A stretch of 63,867 nucleotides of DNA, the filler included, from Chiloscyllium plagiosum (taxonomy: Eukaryota): assembly GCF_004010195.1 (NCBI RefSeq). It is 3 parts of one record of this genome, joined end to end, with 100 filler letters (N's around TTAATTAATTAA, not from the genome) between each part and the next. Parts side by side here need not be neighbours in the genome. Positions count along the whole stretch, not along the records: positions 1 to 28,474 come from NC_057712.1; 2 more parts are not named here. One strand, given 5' to 3'. Positions within the stretch are counted from its first letter, which is position 1. Each line of letters starts with the position of its first letter. The notes under the pieces were generated by a model, which saw only the letters and a list, made by a program, of their open reading frames with translations, searched no databases and had not been told where the DNA came from. Both the position numbers and the translations under genes were made by a program. Positions 1 to 11,825 of the stretch are shown piece by piece.

Positions 1-410
1 CTGTCTCCAAAGTGCTCACCTACAACTAAATCAAACACCTGGCCTGGTTCATTACCAAGCACCAGACCCAGTGTGGCCTCCCCTCTTGTCGGCCCTTTAA
101 CATACTGTGTCAGGAAACAGTATGGACAAAAACTGATCCATCCGACGTACTAGAGTTACAGCATTTCAAGTCAATGTTGGGGAAGTTAAAGTCCCCCTAA
201 TGACCACCCAGTTCCTTTCACTCCTACCCAGAATAATTTTGCTAATCCTCTCCTCCACCTCCCTGGAACTCTGCAGAGACCTTTAAAAATACTCCCAGCA
301 GTGTGACCTCTTCTCTCCTGTTTCTAACCTCAGCCCACACCATCTCAGTAGACGAGTCCTCATCAAAAGTTCTTTCAGCCACCGTTATACTATCCTTGAC
401 CAACGAAGGA
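1..410 (-). mobile_element. CR1-type LINE, ORF2 APE-endonuclease fragment (cut by the window edge)
   Basis: Closely matches 62925-63335, which encodes EVVWAEVRNRRGEVTLLGVFYRPP...GGFNFPNIDW...LDLVLGNEPGQV...SDHN. Confidence 0.9.
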
Positions 411-544
411 TATCAAAAATTATCAAAAGAAACAATTTAAATGGTAATATCCAAATGGATATGAATAACACCCTTGCTGCACAGACAACAATTCTCGAAC
501 CTAACCAACAGATAATTTGAGAAGTTACAAAATCTATCATGGGA

Positions 545-905
545 ATAAAACTAAAGGCTCTGTAAAAGAATACATGTAAAATTCACAACAAAACAGATGA
601 AATGAGACTGTAAATAGTAATGAATAAGTATAATCTGGTAGCCACTACAGAGACGTGGCTACAGGAAGGCATGGAATGGGACCTTGATCTTGAAGGACAT
701 TTAGAAATGACAGGAAACTAGCAAAAGGTGGAGGTGTGGTTCTGTTGGTTAATGATGTTAGAAGAACAGAGAAGGATGGCGTAGGTTTAGAGAACCAGGA
801 TGTGGAAACAGCTGAGTTAGAGGTAAGAAGTGTTAAAGGAAAGAAGTCACTGGTGGGAGTGTTGTACATGCCCCTAATATTAACCACGTTGGTAGAGTGG
901 AGCAT
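545..905 (+). mobile_element. Old, decayed CR1 ORF2 endonuclease N-terminus
   Basis: Remnant motifs YNLVATTETWL, KGGGVVLLV and KKSLVGVLYMP. Confidence 0.75.
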
Positions 906-911
906 AAAGGA

Positions 912-1850
912 AGTAACGTTCGTGCCACACAAATGCCAGACCATCACCAACAAGAGACAATCTAACCACCACCCCTGGACATTCAGTGGTGTTACCATCA
1001 CCAAATCTTCTACTATCAACCTCAAGAGGGTTACCGTTGATCAGAAACACAGCTAGCCTCACCAAATAAACAGTGGTTGCAAGAGCAGTCAAGCGGCTAG
1101 GGATACTGTAGTGAGTAATTTGGGAAGAATAACAGGAAGGCAGAGTACTGGGTCGATGGAAAGATTCTTGGTAGTGTGGATGTGGGGGGGGGGGGGTGGA
1201 TTTGATAGAGACATACAAGAGGATTAGATAGGGTAGACAGTGAAAGTCTTTTTCCTACGATGATGACGTCAGCTTGTACGAGGGGGCCTAACTACAAATT
1301 GAGGGGTGAGAGATTTAAGACAGATGTCAGAGGCAGGTTCTAATTCACCTAACTCACCAAAGCCTGTCCATCATCTACAAGGCACAAGTCAGGAGTGTGA
1401 TGCAATACTCCCTACTTGCCTGGATAGGCGCAGCTCCAGGATGAAGCAGCATGCTTGGTTGGCATAACATCCACAAACATCCTCTCCCTCCACCATCAAT
1501 GATGCTCAGAAGCAGCAGTGTATACTATCTACAAGGTGCACTGCAGAAATTCACCCAAGATCGTCAGACAGCATCTTCCAAACCCACAACTTCTGCAGAT
1601 ATATGGGAATGCCATCCCCTGCAAGTTCCCCTCTAAGCCACTCACCATTCTGACTTGGAAATATATCACTATTCTTTCAGTGTCGCTGGGTCAAAATCCT
1701 GTAACTCCCTCCCTAACAGCATTTTGGGTCAACCCACAACATATGGACTGCAGTGGTTCAAGAAGGTGCTCACCCCCATCTTCTCAAGGGGCAACTAGGG
1801 ACGGGGCAAGAAATGCTGGCACGTTCCACAAATAAAGAAAAGAAATGGGA
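912..1850 (+). mobile_element. L2/Crack-like (CR1-superfamily) LINE 3' portion, interrupted at about 1120-1340 by CR1 fragments
   Basis: VTFVPHKCQ..TNKRQSNHHPWTFSGVTITKSSTIN, resuming at about 1345 as SLSIIYKAQVRSVMQYS. Same family as 18535-19610. Confidence 0.75.
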
Positions 1851-1854
1851 AACA

Positions 1855-2700
1855 AGTTACAGCAGTAATTCTAGGAGATTTTCATCTGCAGATCCATGAG
1901 GAAAACCACATAGGCAAAGGTAGTCATGGTGGTGACTGTCATGGCAAAGGTAGTCAAGGTGGTGACTGTCATGGCAAAGGTAGTCATGGTGGTGACTGTC
2001 ATGGCAAAGGTAGTCAAGGTGGTGACTGTCAAAGGTAGTCAAGGTGGTGAATGTCAGGGCAAAGGTAGTCAAGGTGGTGACTGTCAAAGGTAGTCAAGGT
2101 GGTGAATGTCATGGCAAAGGTAGTCAAGGTGGTGACTGTCATGGCAAAGGTAGTCAAGGTGGTGACTGTCAAGGTGGTGACTGTCATGGCAAAGGTAGTC
2201 AAGGTGGTGACTGCCATGGCAAAGGTAGTCAAGGTGGTGACTGTCATGGCAAAGGTAGTCAAGGTGGTGACTGTCAAAGGTAGTCAAGGTGGTGACTGTC
2301 ATGGCAAAGGTAGTCAAGGTGGTGAATGTCATGGCAAAGGTAGTCAAGGTGGTGACTGTCAAAGGGAGTCAAGGTGGTGACTGTCATGGCAAAGGTGGTG
2401 AATGTCAAGGTGGTGAATGTCATGGCAAAGGTAGTCAAGGTGGTGACTGTCAAAGGGAGTCAAGGTGTTGACTGTCAAGGATTTTTGTTTTCAGGGTGTT
2501 TTCTTAGAGCAATACATTCTGGATCCAATGAGAGACCAGTCTGTGTTAGACCTAATCTTGTGCAATGAAATTGGATTAATTAATGATGTCATAGTGAAAA
2601 CACCCCTAAATTTATAGTTACCGTAATGTAATTACATTTTACATTCAGTTTGAGTGAGCGAGGATGAGTCCAAGACTGTTTTATTAATTTTAAAGAAGGA
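1855..2700 (+). mobile_element. Old CR1 endonuclease fragment hosting a minisatellite
   Basis: AVILGDFHLQI..ENHIGKGSH before the repeat; FLEQYILDPMRDQSVLDLILCNEIGLINDVIV after it. Confidence 0.75.
1913..2480. repeat. Minisatellite, 30-bp unit ATGGCAAAGGTAGTCAAGGTGGTGACTGTC with 25- and 15-bp deletion variants (about 20 units)
   Basis: Directly visible tandem array. Confidence 0.97.
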
Positions 2701-2739
2701 ATTTATGGCGGTGTGTAAGAAGAGGTGGCTGAAGCAAAT

Positions 2740-3980
2740 GAGGAAGTGACAAAGTTGGTTGATGAGGGAAGGACAGTAGATGTCACATACATGGACATCT
2801 ATGTATGGCTTTTGATAAGGTTCCCCAAGGTAGGCTGATGGAGAAAGTGAAGTTGCATGGGGTCCAGGATGTACTAGCGAGATGGATGGAGAACTGGTCG
2901 GGCAATAGGAGACATTGTAATAATGGAAGGGAGTTTATGATAATGGAGCAGTGGTGTTTCACAGAGATCCGTGCTGGGACCGCTGCTGTCTGTGATATAT
3001 GTATAAGTGATTTGGAGGAAGGTAAAGGTGGTCTGATTAGCAAGTTTGCAGATGACACTGAGATTGATAGAGTTGCAGATAGTGAAGGAGACTGTCAAAG
3101 AATGCAGCAAAATATAGATAGATTGGAGGGTTGGGCGGAGAAATGGCTGATGGAGTTCAATCGGGGCAAATGCGAAGTGATGCATTTTGGAAGATCCACT
3201 TCAAGAGCGAACTATACAGTAAATGGAAAAGTCCTGGGGAATATTGATGTACAGAGAGAGCTGGGGTTCAGGTCCATTGTTCCCTGAAGGTGGCAACGCA
3301 GGTCAATAGAATAGTCAAGAAGGCATATGACATGCTTTCCTTCATAGGACGGGGTATTGAGTACAAGAGTTGGCAGGTCATCTTACAGTTACATAGGACT
3401 TTGGTTCGGCCACATTTGGAATACTGCGTACAGTTCTGGTCACCACATTACCAAAAGGATGTGGATGCTTTGGAGAGGGTGCAGAGGAGGTTCACCAGGA
3501 TGTTGCCTGGTATGGAGAGTGCTAGCTATGAGAAGAGGTTGAGTAGATTAGGATTATTTTCATTGGAAAGACGGAGATTGAGGGGGGATCTGATTGAGGC
3601 CTACAAAATCTTACAAGAGCCTGTGATGGATCATCCAGTTCACCAGGTTGACGCTGCTGCTCCTGTGTAGACAGGGTGGGTAGCAAGAAGCTTTTTCCCC
3701 ATAGTGGAGCAGTCAATTACTAAGGGTCATGAGTTCAAAGTGAGAGGGGAAAAGTTTAGGGGAGATATGCGTGGAAAGTTCTTTACATGGAGGGTGGTGG
3801 GTGCCTGGAACCCCTTGCCAGCAGAGGTGGTAGAGGCAGGCATGATAGCATCATTTAAGATGTATCTAGACAGATGCAGATCCTTAGAAAATAGGCGACA
3901 GGTTTCGATAGAGAATCTGGATAGGCACAGGCTTGGAGGGCCGAAGGGCCTGTTCCTGCTGTAATGTTCTTTGTTCTTTG
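2740..3980 (+). mobile_element. 5'-truncated CR1 LINE (RT C-terminus and 3' UTR)
   Basis: AFDKVP, KFADDT, LEYCVQFWSPHY..DVDALERVQRRFTRMLPG; 3' motif gggccgaagggcctgttc; frameshifted. Confidence 0.93.
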
Positions 3981-5135
3981 AGGTCAGGAGCTGAATGGCC
4001 TTGATGGAACCCAAGCTCAGTGCCACTGAGCAGGTGCTGTTTGATAGCACTGTTGATGACCCCTTCCATGACTTTACTGATGACCAAGAGTTGACTGATG
4101 GGACAGTGTGGGGCGGGTTGGATTTGTCCTACTTTTTGTACAGGGCTTACTTTGTTGGGTTGATGCCAGTGTTATAGTTGCACTGGAACAGCTTGGGTGT
4201 GGGTGCAGCAAGTTCTAAAGCGTAATTCTTGAGTAACATTGCCGGAATGTTGTCAGTGCTCGTTACCTTTGCAGTATCCAGTGCTTCTAGCTGCTTCTTG
4301 CTGTCACATGGAGTGAATCAAATTGGCTGAAGACTGGTATCTGTGATGCTGGAGACCTCGAGAAGAGCCTGTGATGGATCATCCAGTTCACCAGGTTGAC
4401 ACTGCTGCTCCTGGCATGCTCTCCTGAACCTTTTTTTATTCCTGATGAAGGGCTTTTGCCCGAAACATCGACTTCGCTGCTCCTTGGATGCTGCCTGAAC
4501 TGCTGTGCTCTTCCAGCACCACTAATCCAGAATGCTCTCCTGAACCCTTTGTTGAACCAGGGTTGATTTAGACTCGAGGATATGCTGAGTCATGAGATTA
4601 GAAGTTTATTTTCTTGCTATTGGTGGCCCATAGCATCTTATGGATGCCCAGTCTTGAGTTATTAGACCTGTTTGAAGTCTGTTCTATTTAGCACCGGGAT
4701 AGTGCAGCACAACACAAGAGAGGGTATTCTCAATTGGTAGGACTTTGGCTCCACAAGGACTGTGCGGTGGTAACTCTTACCACTACAGTCATGGACAAAT
4801 GCATCCGCAGCCGGCAGATTGGTAAGGATGAGGTCAGGTAGGTTTTTTTGTCTTGCTGGTTCCCTCCCCACCTGCCACAGACCCAGTCTGGCAGCGATGT
4901 CCTTTAGGATCTGACCAGCTCGATCAGTAATGCTGCTGCTGAGTCACCCTTGGTGGTGGTATTTGAAGTCCCCCACCCAGATTACATTCTGCACCCTTGC
5001 CATCCTCAGTACCACCACCAAGTGTTTTTCAACATGATGCGAGTGATTCATTAGGATGGTACATGGTAATCAGCAGAAGGTTTCCTTGCCCATTTTTGAC
5101 CAGCTATGAGACCTCATGGTGTCCAGAATCATTGA
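3981..5135 (-). mobile_element. L2/Crack-like LINE ORF2 fragment (endonuclease to RT) with internal deletions
   Basis: ISKVMEGVINSAIKQHL..GFHQGHSAPDL and REP.RQKNL.DLILTNLP..SYHRTVLVE. Same family as 28748-28990. Confidence 0.8.
4431..4531 (+). mobile_element. Short Penelope-like terminal fragment with hammerhead motif and 15-bp TSD
   Basis: CTGATGA-A-GGGC-TTTT-GCCC-GAAA-CATC at 4442-4469; TSD ATGCTCTCCTGAACC at 4416-4430 and 4532-4546. Confidence 0.8.
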
Positions 5136-5144
5136 AGATTTCTT

Positions 5145-6000
5145 TACAGATACGGCAAATGGGTGGACATAGCTGGTTACTGCTGGTTACATCACTGCTT
5201 TTTGATCTAATTTCAACGACTTCAGCAAAAAAATGAGGTTTGAGCTTGTCTTGTTCCAGGAAAAGCTTTTCTTTACCTAACCAACCTGGTTGGAAAATCC
5301 TTTCCTCAGTCATATTTTAAATTCACCTTATCAATCTCCTTTTACTGTGAATTGGATGACTGCTCCTTTTGAGAATTGCTGTTTTGGGAGGATTCATCTC
5401 TGGAATAATTCCATTGGCATAACCTTTGTACCATCAGCCTTACAAGGCATCACAAAACAACACAACTTCTCTTTGCTTGGCCACCTGTCTTCACTAATAC
5501 TGTTTTCTCTCCAACTTTGCTCACTGCTTGATTGGTTGACACGTCAAATCTGTGGGAGTCTTACCATGTTCCCAATAAAGGCCAATTTATAAACTGCTAA
5601 AAAGTGAAAGGTCTGTTATAAAAATCCTGCCCGGCAAAGTTATGAAATCTTGGTGTTTTATTGCAGCACAAAATAGTTTGTCTTCATAAACCTGGCACAC
5701 TATCCAGGGCAAGCTTTGGAATCTGTGAGATTTAACTTTTTGACTTTTTTCAATGTGAAGATTCTGATCAATCATTAAGAAATTGAGAGTCCACTCTGCC
5801 AATTTTCATAGACTTATTTTGCAAGTTCTGGCCACATGCTGGGCTTTCCCCTGTTTGCACTTTTAGTCCAAAGCATTTGCCTAAACTTCCTTCAATCTCT
5901 AATGTTCTTTCCTGAAACCTTGAGTTCTCTCGCTGCTGGATCACTGTTTCTCTACTCTGCAATCTCAGTAACTTGAAGTTTGAACTGGGTTGTGTATCTG
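5145..6000 (-). mobile_element. Fossil pogo-family (POGK-like) DNA transposase: Brinker-type DBD, CENP-B HTH and DDE_1 domain, with many stops and frameshifts
   Basis: Reading across frames: YTTQFKLQVTEIAE*RNSDPAARELKVSGKNIRD*RK; ANRGKPSMWPEL; KACPG*CARFMKTN..NTKIS; IGNM..FDVSTNQAVSKVGEKTVLVKTGG; CKADGTKVMPMELF..LPKQQFSKG; TSYVHPFAVSVK (QPLDVSV-like). Confidence 0.85.
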
Positions 6001-7669
6001 CCATTCCCTCTTGATACCTCAGCTCACTTTGGGGAACTCCACTGCAAACAGTCTGACAGGGAAAAAAAATCACCATTACTCTCTGTTTCTTGTTGCTCAT
6101 TCAATTCCATGTCCAAGTGGCCATGGACCCTTTTATAGCCTGGGTTCTGACTTGGCTCATAAGCTTGTGATGCGGCATTTCTTTAAAGAGCCTTTTTAAA
6201 GTTCACGTACACTGCGTGAACTGCATTATCCTACAGTTCTGAAGAAGAGTCAAGTCAGAAATTGAAAAATTAGAAAAACTAACTCTGTTTCTCTTTCCAC
6301 AGATCTTGCCAGACCGACTGGGTTTTTACAGCACTTTTGGTTTTTAATTACCCACATTAAACCCGTGTTGCTTCAACAAAAAAAATCGCAAGCAAATTAG
6401 TGAAGTATATATTCTGGCTTTCTTTAGTCAATCTACATTTGTGCAAATGTATTAATTTATTAATCTAAAATCTTTAAAAATCTGTTAATTTTGCCCTGAA
6501 TTGTCATTTCTTACATACAGCTTATGGTCTGACTGATTTTCCCTGGTTGAATTCTATCCATGATTTAATATATAATACAATGTTGATATTCTCCTGTCAC
6601 ACTCAAAAAAACGTCCTGTTTATTTAGTGTTGTGATGGATTTGGACGAGTCTTTTCTCAAAGCTCTTATGTCTCTGTGTTATGCTTTGTAACTTACTTTG
6701 GACGGTGTATCCCCATTGCAGACTGAGCGAGTGATTTAATTCATGTAATTGTTGGCCTATTGATCCCCAGAGTATGTATTTTTGTACTGGTATAAGCTGA
6801 GTGAGAAGAGATGGATGGCTGATGCTGGAGGTGAATCTGCCTGACAATTACGAGTTAATAAGAGGGAATGTCAATCTATGAGAGATATAGAGTGGCCTAT
6901 AGCTCCCTGCCTCGTTTTCTCTTTAATGAAGGAATGTATTGGTTTGGGGCGATCGATGGGAAGCTATTAGATCACACAGCTACCCTGTGCTGCTGCAATC
7001 AAATGCAACCAAGTGTGTGGAACAAATTCTCTTTCTTCAGTCTTGGTAGGAATTAGAACTGGTCTCATGTTGGCATTACAAACATGTTGATAAAAGGTGA
7101 GCAATGAGTTTATTGTGAAGCCACTCAACTTCCAAATGTGAGACAGCCAGTTTCATTAACGAATGAAACTGAACCCCTTCCTTTGTGTCAGTATTATTCA
7201 CCTCTTTGTACGTACCAGGAAATATATGTCAGAGTGCAGGAGAAAATTGAAGCTTTCATTGTACACTGTATACCGTCAGAACTCCCAAACGAGATGCATC
7301 CCAACTTAAGAAAAAAAATCAGGGCAGAAAGTGGAATATCCCATTAAAATGTAGCTGCTAATTCCCAAACACATGTCCAGAAACAGAACTGAGCAACCCA
7401 GAAACATTGCATCCCACGCTACATTTCCAAAACCACCCATTGCAATTCTACCCTTCGTGACCCCAATAAAGACACTCTCCCATTCCCAAGCACTTCCATT
7501 CAGCTCCCTCCCTCTCCAGTCACTTAACGCACCATGAAGCAACACATTCCACTAATTCTCCATTTGCCTTCATCAGTAGGGCATTGAGTATAAAAGTTGG
7601 CAAGTCAGGTTGCAGCTGTATAAAACTTTAATTAGGCCACGTTTGATGTATTGCATGCAACTCACATTT

Positions 7670-10540
7670 GCTGTCAACTCCACATTTGACATGTGGGAGT
7701 TGTTTAAAGACCTGATCAAAGTTCAGGATCAGCACATTCCAGTAAGGAGGAAAGGCAAGGATGGAAAGATGAGAGACCTTTGGGTTATGAGGAGTTTGTG
7801 AATTTAGTCAAAAGGAAAAATGAAGCATCTGTAAAATTTAGGAAGTTAAAATCAGACCGGGCTCATTGGGAATATAAAGAAAGCAGTAAAGTACTCAAGG
7901 AGCCTTGAAATGACCTTGGTAAGTCATAGAGTCATAGAGATGTACAACATGGAAACAGACCCTTCGGTCCTACCCGTCCATGCCAACAAGATATCCCGAC
8001 CCAATCTTGTCCCAACTGCCAGCACCTGGCCCATATCCTTCCAAACCCTTCTTATTCATATACCCATCCAAATGCCTCTTAAAATGTTGCAATTGTACCA
8101 GCCTCCACCACATCCTCAGGCAGCTCATTCCATACACGTAGCACCCTCTGCGTGAAAAAGTTGCCCCTTAGGTCTCTTTTATATCTTTCCCCTCTCACCC
8201 TAAACCTATGCCCTCTAGTTCTGGACTCCCCGACCCAGGGAAAAGACTTTGTCTATTTAACCTATCCATGCACCTCATAATTTTATAAACCTCTATAAGG
8301 TCACCCCTCAGCCTCCGACGCTCCAGGGAAAACAGCCCCAGCCTGTTCAGCCTCTCCCTGTAGCTCATATCCTCCAACCCTGACAACATCCTTGTAAATC
8401 TTTTCTGAACCATTTCAAGTTTCACAACATCTTTCCGATAGGAAGGAGACCAGAATTGCACACAATATTCTAACAGTGGCCTAACCAATGTCCTGTACAG
8501 CCGCAACATGACCTCCCAACTCCTGTACTCAATACTCTCCCAAGTCATTCTATAGATACATTAAAAACAAGAGAATAATGAGGGAGAAGGCAGGCCCACT
8601 CAAGGATAAAGGAGCATACTAGTGCTTGGAGGCAGAGGATATGGGTGAGATCCTAAATGAGTACTTTGTGTCAGTATTCAGCTAGGGAAAGGATATGGAC
8701 GGTGGTGAGATTTGTGTGGAGCAAGCTAATATGCTCGGGCATTTTGCGATTAAGAAAGAAGTGGTGTTGGGTCTTTTGAAGAGCGTTAAGATGGATAAGT
8801 CCCCAGGGCCCAATGGTGTCTACCCCAGGTTACTGAGAGAGCTAAGAGAGGAGATTGCTGGGGTTTTGGCCAAGATCTTGTAGCCTCATCAGCCACTGGA
8901 GAGGGACTGGAGGACTGGTGAGTAGCTAACTTTGTTCTTCTATTTAAGAAGGGAAATAGCAATAACTCAGTAAATTATAGACCAGTGACACTCGTGTTGG
9001 TGGTTGGGAAGGTATTGGAGAAAAATTTTAAGGTTACACACATTTGGACAAGCATGACCGAGTTAGGGCCAGTCAGCATGGCTCTGTGTGGGGCAGGTCA
9101 TGGATTACTAACGTGATTGAATCTTTCGAGGAGGTGATGAAGGTGATCGATGAGGATAGAGCAGTGGATGTTGCCCACGTGGATTTTAGTAAGGCTTTCG
9201 ACAAGGTCCCTCATGGTCGGCTCATCCAGAAGATTAAGATTCACAGGATCCACGGGGCCTTGCCTGTGTGGATTCAGAATTGGCTTGCCCTGGGAAGGCA
9301 GAGGGTAGTGGGGGAAAGGTTTTTCAGGCTGGGGGTCGGTGACTGGTGGGGTTCGGCAGGGATCAGTACTGGGCCCTCTGCTGTTTGTGATATGAATAAA
9401 TGACCTGGATGGGAATGTAGATGGGTGGGTTGGTAAGTTTGCAGACGACACAAACATTGGTGGTGTTGCGATAGTTGTCAAAGGATACAGCGCGATATCA
9501 ATCAGTTGCAGATATAGGCAGAGAAATGGCAGATTGAGTTTAATCAAGGTAGTTGTGAGGTCTTGCACTTTAGAAGATCAAATGTTAAGGAAAAGTATCC
9601 AGTTAATGACAGGACCCTGAACAGCATTGATATACAGAGGGATTTTGGGGTTCCAATCCATAGTTCCCTGAAAGTGGCCACACAAGTAGACAGAGTGGTA
9701 AAGAAGGCTTATGGCATGCTTGCCTTTATTGGTCTGGGAATGGACTACAAGAGTCAGGATGTCATATTGCAGCTCTATAAGACATTAGTTAAGCCATACT
9801 TAGAGTATTGCATTCAATTCCAGTTGCCAATTACAGGAAGGAAGGGGGTGCAGAAGAGGTTTACCAGGATGCTGCCTGGATTAGAGGGTATGAGCTATAA
9901 GGAGAGGCTGGAAAAACATGGGTTGTTGTCTTTGGAGCAGCGAAGGATAATGGGAGACTTGATGGAAGTCTGTAAAATTATGAGATGCAGTGATAGGATT
10001 GATAGTCAGAATCTTTTTCCCGGGTTTGGGGGGGGGGGGCATTGTTTTAAGGAGAAAGTTCAAAGGAGATGACAGGGGCAATCCTTTACTCAGAGAGAGG
10101 TAGGAGTCTAGAACATGCAGCTGGGGGATGGTGGTGGAGGCAGATACGATAGATAGGCATATGAATATGCAAGCAATGGAGGGATATGACCAAGGGCAGA
10201 TTGAAGGGATTAACTTCATTTGGCATCATGTTCGACACAACATCATGGGCCAGAGGGCCTGATAGGAAGGATGTGGAGGCTGTGGAGAGGGTACAAAAGA
10301 GATTTACCAGGATATTGCCTGAATTGGTGTGTATTGGCTATAAAGAGATGTTGGACAAATGTGGATTGTATTTGCCAGAGCAACAGAGCCTGAGGAGTGA
10401 CCTGATAGAAGTATATAAGGTTATGAGAGGCTTGGATAGGGTGGAGATTCAGAGTCTTTTTCCCAGGGTGGAAATGTCAGATATGAAGGGGACGTGGGTT
10501 TAAGGTGAGGGGGAAAAGTTTATCGGAGATATGTGGGGAA
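7670..10540 (+). mobile_element. Decayed CR1 ORF2 (tether, RT, 3' end), interrupted at 7922-8540, followed by a second 3' fragment at about 10260-10540
   Basis: [46 protein letters not shown]. Confidence 0.9.
7922..8540 (-). mobile_element. CR1 3' end nested in an older CR1
   Basis: ORF 8195-8548 (LVRPLLEYCVQFWSPSYRKD); short TCTATGAC tail; AAGTCAT repeated on both flanks (7921 and 8542). Confidence 0.9.
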
Positions 10541-10737
10541 CACACAAATGCACACAGACAGACACATACACTACTGACACGCACACAGACGCACACACAC
10601 AGACACATGCACTACTGACACACACAGACACATGTACACACACACACACAAATGTACACAGACACATGCACTACTGACACACACAGACACACATGTACAC
10701 ACACACACACGAATGTACACAGACAGACAAATGCACG

Positions 10738-10785
<48 letters not shown>

Positions 10786-11018
10786 CCCCCCACTATGCAG
10801 ACATGCACAAGACAAGCGCACACGGACATATGCACACAACAACATGCGCACAGACAACCACATATGGACACGCAAATAGCATGCACAGAATAATGCACAG
10901 AGGACACATGCACAACCGGCCACATGCAAATACAGGCATACACGCATGCATACTGACATACAGTCTGTCTCACACACAGATGCAGACACATTCACATGCA
11001 GACACAAGCATGTACACA
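10540..11018. repeat. (CA)n microsatellite and CA-rich low-complexity tract
   Basis: Pure (CA)n at about 10742-10778 within degenerate ACAC/GACA/ATGC repeats. Confidence 0.95.
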
Positions 11019-11109
11019 AAAGGTCACAGCCCGCTGACTCGATGGGCTGCAGGGCCTTTTTCTGCACTATAGGCTGATATGATTCTAAAAAATATGATAT
11101 AAAAAATAT

Positions 11110-11825
11110 TAAAACATAGAACAACACAGGAAAAGGCCCTTCGGCCCATGATGTTATGTGAAACACAACGCCAAATTAAACTAATCCCTTCTGCCTGCCC
11201 TTGGTCCATTCCTTACATATGCACATGCTTAACTAAAAGTCTCTTAAACGCCCCTATCATACCAGCCTCCACCACCACCCCCTGGCAGCACGTTCCACAC
11301 TCCTACCACTCTCTGTGTAAAAAACTTGTCCCTCACATCTTCTTTGAACTTTCCCCCTCTCACCTTAAATGCATGCCCATTTGTTTAGACATTTCAACTC
11401 TGGGAAAAAGACTCTGACCTTTAACTTGATCCATGCACCTCATAATTTTATAGACTTCTGTCAAGTCTCCCAACAGCCTCTGCTGCTCCAGAGAAAACAG
11501 CCTCCCCTTATAGCCCATACCCTCTAATCCAGACAGCATCCTGGTAAACCTGCACCCTCTCCAAACTAACTTATAACTTATGTGTTATAAAGCTGCAACA
11601 TGACATCCTGAGTCTTGTACTCAATTCCCCGACCAATAAAGGCAAGTATACCATACACCTTCTTTACCACCCTGTCTACTTGCGTGGCCACTTTCAGGGA
11701 GCTGTGGACTGGAACCCTAAGGGTCTCTCTGTACATCACTGTTGTTCAGGGTCCTGCCATTAACTGGATACTTTTCCTTAACATTTGATCTCCCAAAGTG
11801 CACTACATAAAGGTGTACAACACGG
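11110..11825 (-). mobile_element. CR1 3' end
   Basis: Reverse complement of the CR1 3' motifs; TTCTATGTT tail at about 11112-11122. Confidence 0.85.

Noticed and set aside
1..410. Segmental duplication with 62925-63335
   Set aside because: The similarity is confined to CR1 sequence and ends at the element boundary; these are independent insertions of one subfamily.
1857..2568. His/Cys-rich or Val/Thr-rich repetitive ORFs (DSHHLDYLCH, GKGSQGGDCH)
   Set aside because: These are translations of the 30-bp minisatellite. The 25-bp variant units break the frame and there is no splice or start context.
5150..5240. Possible + strand exon after tttctttacAG at 5149
   Set aside because: No similarity to BTBD9 and early stops; the region is explained by the minus-strand pogo fossil.
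10571..11166. Long Cys/Val and His/Thr ORFs
   Set aside because: Artefacts of the (CA)n low-complexity tract.
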